Part shown: in pieces, positions 40,395 through 50,292 of the stretch
How positions within the stretch are numbered: position 1 is the stretch's first letter
How the letters are laid out: each line of letters starts with the position of its first letter
From: Reyranellaceae bacterium
GTDB taxonomy: Bacteria; Pseudomonadota; Alphaproteobacteria; Reyranellales; JAQSWP01
Direction of reading: 5' to 3'
Assembly: GCA_050181585.1 (NCBI GenBank)
Contig: JBFXDA010000014.1
Span: forward strand, 42,714-106,713
Length of the DNA: 64,000 nt
Notes under the pieces: generated by a model
Databases searched by the model: none
What the model was told of the DNA's origin: nothing
What the model saw: the letters and a program-made list of their open reading frames with translations, nothing else
Program-made: the position numbers and the translations under genes

Positions 40395-41651
40395 CTATTT
40401 GGCCGCCAGCAACGAGCCGCCGCCGCCGGCCGGGGCGCTGCTTTCGAACAGCAGAATCGAGCCGACCCGGCAGGTATGCCACACCAGCGTCGCCGCCTGC
40501 CAGGCGACGATCAGCAGAAAAGCCTCCAGGGGGAAACCCAGCGCCACGCCGGCGGTGAACAGCGGCAGGTTGATGTTGCGCCGGGCGATGAAGGTGCGGA
40601 CCACGCCGTCGAGCGGCGAATGCGCGTGCAGGCCGCGGTGGAAATTGACGGAGTACACTTTCAGGCACAGGCGGTCGAGGATGTAGAGGATCACCAGCAT
40701 CGCGCCGGCCACCATCACCGGATCGCCGTGATCGCCGCCGGCGATGCCCCAGGCCCAGGCCATGTACCACAGCGGCGGATGGATCAGGTCGAGGCCGTGA
40801 TCCAGCAGCCGGCCCAGCTTCGAATCGGCGAAGGTCAGCCGCGCCAGCTTGCCGTCCACCGAGTCGAGGACGCTCATGGCATAGGCGCAGAGAAAGCCCG
40901 CAAGATAGTGGCCCAGCGCGAAGGCGGGGATCGCCGCCACGGCCAGCGCGACGTTGAGGCCGGTGATCCAGTTGGGATGCACGCGCAGCCGCGTCAGCGG
41001 CCGCAGCAGCAGCCAGACCGGCAGCGGATAGACGTACTTGGTGAAAAAATCCGTCGAGCCCTTGTAGTTGGCGCGGAACATGAACTGCTCGGCCGCCCGC
41101 CGCTGCGCGGGCGTGCGGACCGGCATCATCCAGAACGGCAGCACGCGGCGCAGGCCGCGAATGAAGGCGGGAAATTCGTCCTGGTGCAGCTCGTCGACCG
41201 CGTTGGACCGCAGCAGCGCCTGGGCGATCTCGGCCAGGGAGGCGCCCTCAAGGGCGGCGGCGTGCTTGTTCTCCAGCACCAGCAGCGCCAGCCCGTTGTC
41301 GCGCGCCACCAGGCCGTGAGGGCGTTGCGAGGCCAGATCGAACAGCCGCGGGTCGACCAGGCCGTCGCCCGCCACCGCGGTGAGCGGCTCGAGGCTTTCG
41401 CGCAGGAAGCGGGCCAGGCGCCGGTCGGCGCCGCCGGGCCGGCGCCGCACCTCGATCGCCAGGCGCCGCCGGAGCTCGGCCGGAATGGACGGTTCGGGGC
41501 CGTCGCCGCAATCGACGCAGATGGCGGAGAATCCCCCGGCGCTGCGCGCCGCGGCGCGCAGATGCCGCTCCAGCACGCACATGCCGAAGACCGCCGATTC
41601 CGGCAAGGCTGCCGCATCGATCCACAGACGCACCCGGTTCTCCTGCCCCAT
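40395..41651 (-). CDS. CDP-alcohol phosphatidyltransferase family protein with N-terminal extension
   Basis: HPNWIT and DSVDGKLARLTFADSKLGRLLDHGLD (DxxDGxxAR...G...D...D). Confidence 0.88.
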   Translation of the reverse strand: MGQENRVRLWIDAAALPESAVFGMCVLERHLRAAARSAGGFSAICVDCGDGPEPSIPAELRRRLAIEVRRRPGGADRRLARFLRESLEPLTAVAGDGLVDPRLFDLASQRPHGLVARDNGLALLVLENKHAAALEGASLAEIAQALLRSNAVDELHQDEFPAFIRGLRRVLPFWMMPVRTPAQRRAAEQFMFRANYKGSTDFFTKYVYPLPVWLLLRPLTRLRVHPNWITGLNVALAVAAIPAFALGHYLAGFLCAYAMSVLDSVDGKLARLTFADSKLGRLLDHGLDLIHPPLWYMAWAWGIAGGDHGDPVMVAGAMLVILYILDRLCLKVYSVNFHRGLHAHSPLDGVVRTFIARRNINLPLFTAGVALGFPLEAFLLIVAWQAATLVWHTCRVGSILLFESSAPAGGGGSLLAAK

Positions 41652-41731
41652 CCCGCTGCCGAGGTCAGCGAGTGTTGCAGAATTTCGGGGGCCCTAGCTA
41701 CAGAAAGAAGAAGGTTTTGTGTCGAGACGAT

Positions 41732-42508
41732 CTACCGCGCCATGACCTCCGGCAGCGGCAATATCCTGATTTGCGCCTGTTCCAGCCCCTCGCGCACCGC
41801 CCGCGCCACCGCCACGGCGCTTTCCTCGTCGCCATGGACGCAGATCGAATCGACCGGGGTAGGGATTTTACGGCCCGACAGGGAGAAAATCGCCTGCTCC
41901 TCGACCATGCGCCGAACATGCGCCACCGCCTGCTGTGCGTCGTGGATCATGGCGTTGGGCTGCGCGCGCGGTGTCAGATTGCCATCGTCGCCATAGGTGC
42001 GGTCGGCGAAAATCTCCTGCGCCGTGGTCAGCCCCAGCCGGCGCCCGGCCTTGGCCATTTCCGAGCCGGCGGTGGCGAGGAAGATCAGGTCGCGGTCGAC
42101 GGCCCTGATGGCGCGGGCGATCGCCTCGGCCATGGCGGCATCGACCGAGGCCATGTTGGAGAGCGCGCCGTGCGGCTTGACGTGCGTCACCGTCATGCCC
42201 TGGGCGGCGGCCACGCCCATCAGCGCCCCGGTCTGGTAGGCGATCAGCGCCTCGAGTTCGGCGGTCGAGAGCTTCATCTGCCGCCGGCCGAAGCCCTGCA
42301 AATCGGGAAAGGACGGGTGGGCGCCGATGGAGACGCCGTTGGCCTTGGCCAGCCTGACCGTCTCGGTCATCACCGTGGGATCGCCGGCATGGAAGCCGCA
42401 GGCGACATTGGCCGACTTCACGATGCCCAGCATGGCCGCGTCGTTGCCCATCGGCCAGGGCCCGAAGCTTTCGCCCAGGTCGGCGTTGAGATTGATGCCG
42501 CGCGCCAT
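41732..42508 (-). CDS. pxpA: 5-oxoprolinase subunit A (LamB/YcsF)
   Basis: NADLGESFG, SANVACGFHAGDP, GAHPS.PDL.GFGRR, HVKPHGAL.N, SICVHGD. Confidence 0.95.
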   Translation of the reverse strand: MARGINLNADLGESFGPWPMGNDAAMLGIVKSANVACGFHAGDPTVMTETVRLAKANGVSIGAHPSFPDLQGFGRRQMKLSTAELEALIAYQTGALMGVAAAQGMTVTHVKPHGALSNMASVDAAMAEAIARAIRAVDRDLIFLATAGSEMAKAGRRLGLTTAQEIFADRTYGDDGNLTPRAQPNAMIHDAQQAVAHVRRMVEEQAIFSLSGRKIPTPVDSICVHGDEESAVAVARAVREGLEQAQIRILPLPEVMAR

Positions 42509-42532
42509 GCCGCCTCGCCCGTTGCCAGGCGC

Positions 42533-43396
42533 CTAGCGTACCGCGTTATTCACCGGCTTCAAGGACCGCAGATAGGCTACCAGCGCATCAAGATCCTCCG
42601 GCTTCATGCGGGCATAGAACGCATAGGCCATGGGCGGATTGAGCGGCGAGCCGTCGGCTCGCACGCCCTGGGTGATGGCGCGCTTGATCTGCGCATCGGT
42701 CCACTTGCCGATGCCGGTGTCGCGATGCGGCGTGATGTTGGCGGCGATGGCCAGCCCCCAGGGCCCGCGCAGCTCGAAGCCGCCTGCGCCGGTCGCTTTG
42801 GCGTAGTCGCGCTGGCCCGGCCCGATCATGGGCGTATGGCAGTCGATGCAGTGGCCCAGCGGCCCGGCGAGATAGGCGCCGTATCTGACCTTGTCGCGGC
42901 GCGGCACCTCGGGCACCGACGTCACGGGCGGGCCGTAGGCCGGCGGCAGGGGCATGCGGTACTCCGACTTGGCGACCTGGTTGGCCACCGGCTTGACGCT
43001 GCGCAGATAGGCGACCATGGCCTGGAGGTCGCCGTCGGAGATGCCGCGATAGAGGTCGATCGGCATGGGCGGGCCGATCGGCGAGCCGTCGGGCCGGATG
43101 CCCTCGCGGATGGCCCTGGCGATCTGCGCATCGGTCCAGGCGCCGATGCCGGTCTGCTTGTCCGGCGTGATGTTGGGCGCCCGGGCGGTGAACGGCTTCT
43201 CCTCGAACACCGTGCCGCCGGCCAGCTCCATGCCGGGCAGCGGCCCGTTCGGGCCCATCGGCGTGTGGCAGTTGCCGCAGGCGACGATCGAGTTGACCAG
43301 ATAGGCGCCGCGCTCGGCCGGCGTTTCGGCCGAGGCGACGGCGGACGACAGCAGCAGCCCGGCCGCGACGGCCAAGGCGCAATGGAAGCGTGGCAT
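42533..43396 (-). CDS. Periplasmic diheme cytochrome c
   Basis: Signal peptide; CGNCH and CIDCH; duplicated NITP...TGIG.WTD.QI.RAI..G...DG. Confidence 0.92.
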   Translation of the reverse strand: MPRFHCALAVAAGLLLSSAVASAETPAERGAYLVNSIVACGNCHTPMGPNGPLPGMELAGGTVFEEKPFTARAPNITPDKQTGIGAWTDAQIARAIREGIRPDGSPIGPPMPIDLYRGISDGDLQAMVAYLRSVKPVANQVAKSEYRMPLPPAYGPPVTSVPEVPRRDKVRYGAYLAGPLGHCIDCHTPMIGPGQRDYAKATGAGGFELRGPWGLAIAANITPHRDTGIGKWTDAQIKRAITQGVRADGSPLNPPMAYAFYARMKPEDLDALVAYLRSLKPVNNAVR

Positions 43397-43503
43397 TCGT
43401 CTCTCTCCCCCCGAACAGAGTGCTGGCTCTTTAGCGCAACCGCCGGGCGGCAAACAATAGCAATCGCCTTACAACCGCGACGACAGGCAGTTAGGATGAC
43501 GCA

Positions 43504-44253
43504 ATGGTTTCGGCAGGAAACGGCAACGAGCGGGACTTGCGCGTTCTGGCAGCGGGAGATACCGCGTTCGTGGTCGAGTTCGGCGACGCGATCGACCGGG
43601 CGCTGAACGCGCGGGTGATGGCGCTGCATCGCGCCGTCGCCGCCGCCGGCATTCCGGGCATCGTCGAGACGCTGCCCACCTTCCGCTCGCTGATGGTGTT
43701 CTACGATCCGCTGGTGGCGACGCGCGCCGAGCTGGAGCCGCTCGTCGTGGCGCTGGCCGGCCAGGCGCGGCAAGGGACGGAAGCGGGCAGGCTGTGGCGG
43801 CTGCCGGTGTGCTACGAGGGCGAGTTCGCGCCCGACCTGGCGGAGATCGCCCAACGCACCGGGCTGACGGTCGAGCAGGTCGTGGCGCTGCATTCGGAGG
43901 CGACCTATTTCGCCTATGTGCTGGGCTTCATGCCGGGCTTCGCCTATCTCGGCGGCTTGCCCAAGCCGCTCGACCTGCCGCGGCGCAAGGAGCCGCGCGT
44001 GCGCGTGCCGCAGAACTCCGTCGCCATCGCCGGCGAGATGACGGCGATCTATCCCTGGGAGAGCCCGGGCGGCTGGCACCTGATCGGCCGCACGCCGGTG
44101 GCGCTGTTCGATCTGCGCCGGGAACGGCCGATCCTGTGGGGCGCGGGCGACGAGGTGCGCTTCGCCCGCATCGACCGCGCCACCCATGACGGCATCGCCG
44201 CCGCGGTCGCCGCCGGCAGCTTCGACCATGCGCGGCTGGAGGCGAGGCGATGA
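43504..44253 (+). CDS. pxpB: 5-oxoprolinase subunit B
   Basis: LPVCY.GEF.PDL, GFMPGFAYL, PR..VP..SV.IAG, YP.ESPGGW.LIGRTP. Confidence 0.93.
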   Translation: MVSAGNGNERDLRVLAAGDTAFVVEFGDAIDRALNARVMALHRAVAAAGIPGIVETLPTFRSLMVFYDPLVATRAELEPLVVALAGQARQGTEAGRLWRLPVCYEGEFAPDLAEIAQRTGLTVEQVVALHSEATYFAYVLGFMPGFAYLGGLPKPLDLPRRKEPRVRVPQNSVAIAGEMTAIYPWESPGGWHLIGRTPVALFDLRRERPILWGAGDEVRFARIDRATHDGIAAAVAAGSFDHARLEARR

Positions 44254-45290
44254 GCGCGCTGCTGGTGCGCCAGCCCGGCCTGTTCACCACGGTGCAGGAT
44301 ATCGGCCGTTTCGGCGCCCAGGCGCTGGGCATGCCGGTGGCCGGCGCCATCGACCCGCTGGCGTTGCGGCTGGCCAACGCGCTGGTCGGCAACGCGCAGA
44401 ACGAAGGCGCGCTGGAGCTCGGCTTCATGGGGCCGACGCTGGAAGTACAGGCCGACAGCGTGCGGCTGGCCGTCGTCGGCTCGGTGCAGGCGAGCGTGCA
44501 GCAAAGCGAGGACGCGCCGGAGAAGCCGCTGCAAGCCAACCGCTCGCACGCGCTCAAGCGCGGCCAGATCGTGAAGCTCGGCTTCGTCACCGGCATGGCC
44601 TATGCCTATCTCGCCATCGAGGGCGGTTTCGACATCGCCCCCTTCATGGGCAGCCTCTCGACCTATACCCGCGCCGGGCTGGGCGGCTTCCAGGGCCGCA
44701 AGCTCGCCGCCGGCGACGCCCTGCCGCTGAAGCGCAGCGCCGCCGGCGCGCGCCAGGATCTCGCCTGCGCCCAGGCCCCGCCCTATGGCGAGGGGCCGAT
44801 CAGGATCGTGCCCGGGCCGCAGGACGACTATTTCGCCGCCGAGGCGCTGCGGACCCTGCAAAGCGCCGACTATGTCGCGACCAAGGAGACCGACCGCATG
44901 GGCATGCGGCTGGACGGGCCGGCGCTGAAACATGCCAGGGGCGCCGACATCGTCTCCGACGGCATCGCCACCGGCTGCATCCAGGTGCCGGGCGCGGGCA
45001 CGCCGATCGTGCTGCTGGCCGATCACCAGACCATCGGCGGCTACGCCAAGATCGCCACCGTCGCCTCCGCCGACCTGCCGCGGCTGGGCCAGACGATGCC
45101 CGGCCAGCGCCTGCGCTTCGCCGCTGTCACGGTCCCCGAAGCGGAAGCCTTGCGCCGACAGCAGGAGGACGGCATGAAGCGCGTGCTGTCCTCCCTTGTT
45201 CCCGCACGGCCGCCGGGCGGCATCGACGTCGAGGCGCTGGGCAGCGCCAACCTGATCGACGGCATGGTCGACGCGCTGTCGCGCGGCTAG
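44250..45290 (+). CDS. pxpC: 5-oxoprolinase subunit C
   Basis: TTVQD.GR.G, AN.LVGN, GS.ST, DRMG.RL, G.IQVP..G.PI.LL.D.QT.GGY.KI. Confidence 0.93.
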   Translation: MSALLVRQPGLFTTVQDIGRFGAQALGMPVAGAIDPLALRLANALVGNAQNEGALELGFMGPTLEVQADSVRLAVVGSVQASVQQSEDAPEKPLQANRSHALKRGQIVKLGFVTGMAYAYLAIEGGFDIAPFMGSLSTYTRAGLGGFQGRKLAAGDALPLKRSAAGARQDLACAQAPPYGEGPIRIVPGPQDDYFAAEALRTLQSADYVATKETDRMGMRLDGPALKHARGADIVSDGIATGCIQVPGAGTPIVLLADHQTIGGYAKIATVASADLPRLGQTMPGQRLRFAAVTVPEAEALRRQQEDGMKRVLSSLVPARPPGGIDVEALGSANLIDGMVDALSRG

Positions 45291-45291
45291 C

Positions 45292-45762
45292 GCAACAACG
45301 CCGACTTCGTCCTGAGCTTGTCGAAGGACGCGCTGCACAAAGCGTCACCTGTGCCCCCTCATCCTTCGACGAGCTCAGGATGAGGACTCTTTGCTGTTCC
45401 GCCAGACGAACCATTGGCAGCGCACGTGCTTCCATCCAATCGTGTGAATCCGCCCTATTTGTTGGTGTTTGGAGCAACAACACCGACCTCGTCCTGAGCT
45501 TGTCGAAGGACGTGCCACACAGACCATCGCCTGTGACCCCTCATCCTTCGACGGGCTCAGGATGAGGACTCTGTGCTGTTCCGCCAGACGAACCATTGGC
45601 AGCGCATGTGCTTACATCCAATCGTGTGAATCCGCCTATTTGTTGGTGTTTGGAGCAACAACACCGACCTCGTCCTGAGCTTGTCGAAGGACGTGCCACA
45701 CAAACGATGCCTGTGACCACTCATCCTTCGACAGGTTCAGGATGAGGACTGTGTGCTGTTCC
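45292..45762. repeat. Tandem array (~181-bp period, ~2.6 units) of palindromic family B elements
   Basis: Units start at 45292, 45474, 45655; each has TCGTCCTGAGCTTGTCGAAGGA...TCCTTCGAC.(A/G)G.TCAGGATGA; near-identical linkers between hairpins. Confidence 0.95.
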
Positions 45763-45818
45763 TTGCCGGTGATTCTCGATTAAGGTTTCAGGCAAAAGAC
45801 GCCTGAAGGAAACGCATC

Positions 45819-47366
45819 ATGAGCTGGCAGACCGAACTCGACGAGCTGGAGCAGCGCAAGGCTTTCGCCGCGCAGATGGGCGGCGCCGACAAGGTGAAGC
45901 GGCAGCACGATGGCGGCCGGCTCACCGTGCGCGAGCGCATCGAGAAGCTGCTCGATGCCGGCACGTTCCACGAATTAGGCATGATCGCGGGCAAGGCCGA
46001 GTACGATGCCCAGCACAATCTGCGCGAGCTGGTGCCGTCCAACTGCGTCATGGGGCGCGGCGACATCGACGGGCGGCGCGTCATGGTGTGCGGCGACGAC
46101 TTCACCGTGCGCGGCGGCTCGGCCGACGCCACCATCCGCGAGAAATACCTGCTGGCCGAACAGATGGCGGCCCATTTCCGCCTGCCCATGGTGCGGCTGA
46201 TCGAAGGATCGGGCGGCGGCGGCTCGGTCAAGACCATCGAGACCACCGGCCGGGCCAACGTGCCGCAGGTCAAGGGCTGGGACCAATGCGTGATGAACAT
46301 GGGGCTGATCCCCGTGGTGGCGCTGGGGCTGGGCTCGGTCGCCGGGCTGGGCGCGGCGCGGCTGTCGGCCAGCCACTATTCGATCATGGTCAAGGAACTC
46401 TCGGCCATGTTCGTGGCCGGCCCGCCGGTGGTCGAGCGGCTGGGGCAGAAGCTTTCCAAGAACGAGCTGGGCGGCTGGCAGATACAACTGGCAGCTGGTG
46501 CGGTGGACGATGCGGCCGAGAGCGAGGAGGAAGCCTTCGCCCTGGCGCGCCGCTTCCTGTCCTATCTGCCGAGTTCGGTGTTCGACGTGCCCGCGCGCGG
46601 GCCGGTCACCGACGATCCAAAGCGGCGCGACGAGAAGCTGCTCTCCGTCATCCCGCGCGACCGGCGCAAGGTCTATCGCATGCGTCCCATTGTCGAGACG
46701 CTGGTCGACAAGGGCAGCTTCTTCGAGATGGGCAGGATGTTCGGCCGCGCCATCATCACCGGGCTGGCGCGCATCGACGGCTGGCCGGTCGCGGTCATGG
46801 CCAGCGATCCCTATTTCTACGGCGGCGGCTGGACGGCCGACGCGGCGCAGAAGATCACCCGCTTCGTCGACCTGGCCGAGACCTTCCACCTGCCGGTGGT
46901 CTATCTCGTGGACTGCCCCGGCTTCCTGATCGGGCTGGAGGCGGAGAAATCGGGCGTCATCCGCCATGGCGTGCGGGCGATGTCGGCAATCTGCCAGGCC
47001 ACCGTGCCGTGGTGCTCGATCCTGATCCGCAACGTCTTCGGCGTCGCCGGGGCGGCGCACGCCAATAACGGCCGCGCCAATTTCCGCTACGCCTGGCCGT
47101 CGGGCTACTGGGGCTCGCTGCCGCTGGAAGGCGGCATCGAGGCGGCCTATCGCGCCGATCTCGACGCGGCGGCCGATCCCAAGGCCAAGCTGGAGGAGAT
47201 CGAGGCGCGGCTGAACAAGCTGCGCTCCCCCTTCCGCTCGGCCGAGACGTTCTGGATCGAGGAGATCATCGACCCGCGCGACACGCGCAAGCTCCTGGTG
47301 GAGTTCGCCACTGTCGCCGCGCCGCTGCGAATGCCGGGCAAGGCCAGCTTCCAGATGCGGCCATAG
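45819..47366 (+). CDS. Acyl-CoA carboxylase carboxyltransferase subunit
   Basis: GRLTVRERI..LLD..TF.E.G, DDFTVRGGS, FVAGPPVV, DCPGF.IG, IIDPRDTR. Confidence 0.9.
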   Translation: MSWQTELDELEQRKAFAAQMGGADKVKRQHDGGRLTVRERIEKLLDAGTFHELGMIAGKAEYDAQHNLRELVPSNCVMGRGDIDGRRVMVCGDDFTVRGGSADATIREKYLLAEQMAAHFRLPMVRLIEGSGGGGSVKTIETTGRANVPQVKGWDQCVMNMGLIPVVALGLGSVAGLGAARLSASHYSIMVKELSAMFVAGPPVVERLGQKLSKNELGGWQIQLAAGAVDDAAESEEEAFALARRFLSYLPSSVFDVPARGPVTDDPKRRDEKLLSVIPRDRRKVYRMRPIVETLVDKGSFFEMGRMFGRAIITGLARIDGWPVAVMASDPYFYGGGWTADAAQKITRFVDLAETFHLPVVYLVDCPGFLIGLEAEKSGVIRHGVRAMSAICQATVPWCSILIRNVFGVAGAAHANNGRANFRYAWPSGYWGSLPLEGGIEAAYRADLDAAADPKAKLEEIEARLNKLRSPFRSAETFWIEEIIDPRDTRKLLVEFATVAAPLRMPGKASFQMRP

Positions 47367-47367
47367 A

Positions 47368-48105
47368 TCAGGCCGACCAGCGCCGGTCGGCGCGCAAGGC
47401 GGAGTCGGCTTTGACGAACAGCAGATCGACCTGCGCCAGGGCATTGTCCAGCGGCCGGCGGGTGCGCCCCAGCGTGTCGTAGAGCGCGAAGCCTTTTTGC
47501 CTGGCGTAGTCGATGACGTCGCCGATTTCCGGCCCGTCCTTGATGGTGGCGATGACGCTGGTCTCGACGATGACGACGTCGAGATCGTGGATGCGCTCGC
47601 CGATGCCGCGCAGCACCTCGAGCTCGGCGCCCTGCACGTCGATCTTGCACAGAGCCGGCCGCTCGAAGCCGTTGACCACCTGGTCGAAGCGCCGCACCGC
47701 CACCGGATAGCGCCGCACGCCCGACAGCGGACCGACCTCCTCGAAGAAGGTCGAGCCGGCGATGTCGTCGGGCCGCACGCCGATCATCAGCTCGGCCTCG
47801 CGCTCGCCCAGCGCGATGTTCAGGATCCTGGCGTCGAGCCGGCGCGCGATGCGCTGCATGTGCGGCAGCGATTCCAGCGTGGGATCGACCAGGTAGTACT
47901 GGGCGTCGGGGAAAGCCGCGTAGAGATCGGGCGTGCCGTCGGCGACGCCGATATCGAACACGGTGCGCGGCGCGAAGCCCTGGCGCTTGAGCTGGCGCAG
48001 CGCCACCGGCCAGGCCGGCAGCAGGCTCTCGACGGCGTCGTAGGCCAGCAGGCTGAGCTGGCTGCGCAGCCATCTGGCGCCGCTCTTGATCGAATTCGTC
48101 CGCAT
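47368..48105 (-). CDS. FkbM family methyltransferase
   Basis: VFDIGVA.G, LCKIDVQGAELEVLRG, QVDLLF; start uncertain. Confidence 0.85.
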   Translation of the reverse strand: MRTNSIKSGARWLRSQLSLLAYDAVESLLPAWPVALRQLKRQGFAPRTVFDIGVADGTPDLYAAFPDAQYYLVDPTLESLPHMQRIARRLDARILNIALGEREAELMIGVRPDDIAGSTFFEEVGPLSGVRRYPVAVRRFDQVVNGFERPALCKIDVQGAELEVLRGIGERIHDLDVVIVETSVIATIKDGPEIGDVIDYARQKGFALYDTLGRTRRPLDNALAQVDLLFVKADSALRADRRWSA

Positions 48106-48256
48106 CGATGCTCGCGATCCGGTTGGCAGGCTGCAAGTTTGGCTTGGGCGCAGTACCGCGCAACCGAATTTGCGCTGGCCCTGCGCCTTGGCGCCGCCGA
48201 TCACCCTTTTGTCACCGCGCCGGGCGCGTTGACTTCGGCGGCGGCAGCGATTAATT

Positions 48257-48268
48257 AACCAATTGGTT
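48257..48268. promoter_or_regulatory. Perfect palindrome AACCAATTGGTT, putative ArsR autoregulatory operator
   Basis: AT-rich patch downstream of TTGACT (48229) and upstream of arsR. Confidence 0.6.
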
Positions 48269-48288
48269 TTATAATGCCCGAGGCCGCC

Positions 48289-48651
48289 ATGCCGCCCGAT
48301 GCCCTGAGCGCCACCTTCGCCGCCCTGGCCGACCCGACCCGGCGGGCCATCCTGGCGCGGCTGGCCAATGGCGAGGCCAGCGTCACCGAACTGGCCAGGC
48401 CGTTCGACATGAGCCTGCCGGCGGTGTCCAAGCACCTGAAAGTGCTGGAGCATGCCGGGCTGATCGCGCGCGGCCGCGAAGCGCAGTGGCGGCCCTGCCG
48501 GCTGGAGGCGCGCCCCATGCGCGAGGCCAGCGAATGGCTGGAGCGCTACGCCAAATTCTGGTCCGACAGTCTCGACCGGCTGGCCGCCCTGGTGGAAGCC
48601 GAACCGGCCAGGCCAGCCCGACGCAAGGCCGGCAAGCCGAAGCGAGGCTGA
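48289..48651 (+). CDS. ArsR/SmtB family transcriptional regulator
   Basis: FAALADPTRRAIL..L, MSLPAVSKHLKVLE.AGLI, AQWRPCRL; start may be 48274. Confidence 0.92.
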   Translation: MPPDALSATFAALADPTRRAILARLANGEASVTELARPFDMSLPAVSKHLKVLEHAGLIARGREAQWRPCRLEARPMREASEWLERYAKFWSDSLDRLAALVEAEPARPARRKAGKPKRG

Positions 48652-48726
48652 TCCCGACATCCCCGCCGCCGCGAACGGCGGCCGTCAGCGACACTCCTCG
48701 GAGCGTTTTTCCCGGAGCATCTTTCC

Positions 48727-50244
48727 ATGACCGCACAAACCCTGGCGGCGAAGGCGACGCGGCGCGAATGGATCGGCCTGGCCGTCATCGCCCTGCCCTG
48801 CCTGCTCTATTCGATGGACCTGACGGTGCTCAACCTCGCCGTGCCCTCCATCGTCGCCGACCTGAAGCCCACCGCCTCGCAGCTTCTGTGGATCGTCGAC
48901 ATCTACGGCTTCCTGCTGGCCGGCTGGCTGATCACCATGGGCACGCTGGGCGACCGCATCGGCCGGCGCAAGCTGCTGCTGATCGGCGCCGCCGCCTTCG
49001 GCGCCGCCTCGATCCTGGCGGCGATGGCCGATTCCGCCGCCAGCCTGATCGCCGCCCGCGCCCTGCTGGGCGTGGCCGGCGCCACGCTGGCGCCCTCGAC
49101 CCTGTCGCTGATCCGCAACATGTTCCTCGACGATCGCCAGCGCACCATCGCCATCAGCCTCTGGATCGCCAGCTTCTCCGCCGGCGGCGCGCTGGGGCCG
49201 CTGGTCGGCGGCGCGCTGCTGGAGCATTTCCACTGGAGCGCGGTGTTCCTGGTCGCCGTCCCGATCATGGCGCTGCTGCTGGCGGTCGGCCCCTTCCTGC
49301 TGCCCGAATATCGCGACCCCAAGGCCGGCGGCATCGACCTGCCCAGCGCGGCCCTCTCCATCGCCGCGGTGCTGGGGCTGATCTACGCCGTCAAGCGCGT
49401 GGCCGAACATGGCGGCGATCCGTGGGCCGCCCTGTCGGCCGTCGCCGGCATCGCGCTGGCCGTCGTTTTCGTGCGCCGCCAGCGGCGCCTGGCCGATCCG
49501 CTGATCGACCTGACGCTGTTCCGCTCCACCGCTTTCACCGCCGCCCTGGCGATCAACTCCCTGGCCTTCTTCGCCATGTTCGGCATTTTCCTGTTCGTGG
49601 CGCAGTACCTGCAGCTCGTGCTCGGCATGGGGCCGCTGGAGGCCGGGCTGTGGACGGCGCCCTCGGGCCTGGCCTTCATCGTCGGCTCGACCATCGCGCC
49701 GGCGGTGGCCCACCGCTTCCCCGCCCCGCACGTCACCGCCGCCGGGCTGCTGGTGGTGGTGCTGGGCTTCGCGCTGATGACGCAGGTCGGCGGATCGCTA
49801 TCGCTGCCGCTGCTGGTCGCCGGCATGGTGGTGATGTCGCTGGGCATGACGCCGGTGGTGGCGCTGGCCACCGACCTGATCGTCGCCGCCGCGCCGCCCG
49901 AACGGGCCGGGGCGGCCTCGGCCATCTCGGAAACCAGCATCGAGTTCCATGGCGCGCTGGGCATTGCCGTGCTGGGCAGCCTGCTGACCGTCATCTATCG
50001 CCGCGCCATCGCCCTGCCCGCAGGCCTGCCGGCCGAGGCGGCGGAGGCGGCGCGCGGCACGCTGGGCGGGGCGCTGGGCATCGCGGCCGGCCTGCCCGAA
50101 CCGGCGGCGTCGGGCGTCGCGGCGGCGGCGCGGCATTCCTATGTCGAGGGCTTCGTCGCCATATCGGTGCTGTGCGGCCTCTTCGTGCTGGCCGCCGCTC
50201 TCGTCACCCTGAAGCTGCGCCGGCGGCTGCAGCCCAGAAACTGA
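48727..50244 (+). CDS. MFS drug efflux transporter, DHA2 (SmvA/QacA-like)
   Basis: D.TVLN.A.P, WIVDIY, G.LGDRIGRRK, GPLVGG.LL..F.W, ETS.E..GALGIA.LG. Confidence 0.93.
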   Translation: MTAQTLAAKATRREWIGLAVIALPCLLYSMDLTVLNLAVPSIVADLKPTASQLLWIVDIYGFLLAGWLITMGTLGDRIGRRKLLLIGAAAFGAASILAAMADSAASLIAARALLGVAGATLAPSTLSLIRNMFLDDRQRTIAISLWIASFSAGGALGPLVGGALLEHFHWSAVFLVAVPIMALLLAVGPFLLPEYRDPKAGGIDLPSAALSIAAVLGLIYAVKRVAEHGGDPWAALSAVAGIALAVVFVRRQRRLADPLIDLTLFRSTAFTAALAINSLAFFAMFGIFLFVAQYLQLVLGMGPLEAGLWTAPSGLAFIVGSTIAPAVAHRFPAPHVTAAGLLVVVLGFALMTQVGGSLSLPLLVAGMVVMSLGMTPVVALATDLIVAAAPPERAGAASAISETSIEFHGALGIAVLGSLLTVIYRRAIALPAGLPAEAAEAARGTLGGALGIAAGLPEPAASGVAAAARHSYVEGFVAISVLCGLFVLAAALVTLKLRRRLQPRN

Positions 50245-50292
50245 CACGATTTGCCGGCAAGACGGCAAGGCAACGACAACAAGGAGAACACC

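Noticed and set aside
45292..45762. Repeat array as a CRISPR array
   Set aside because: Period ~181 bp, linkers near-identical rather than unique spacers, loops related to each other, no cas genes, and a solitary copy at 61920; fits REP-like elements
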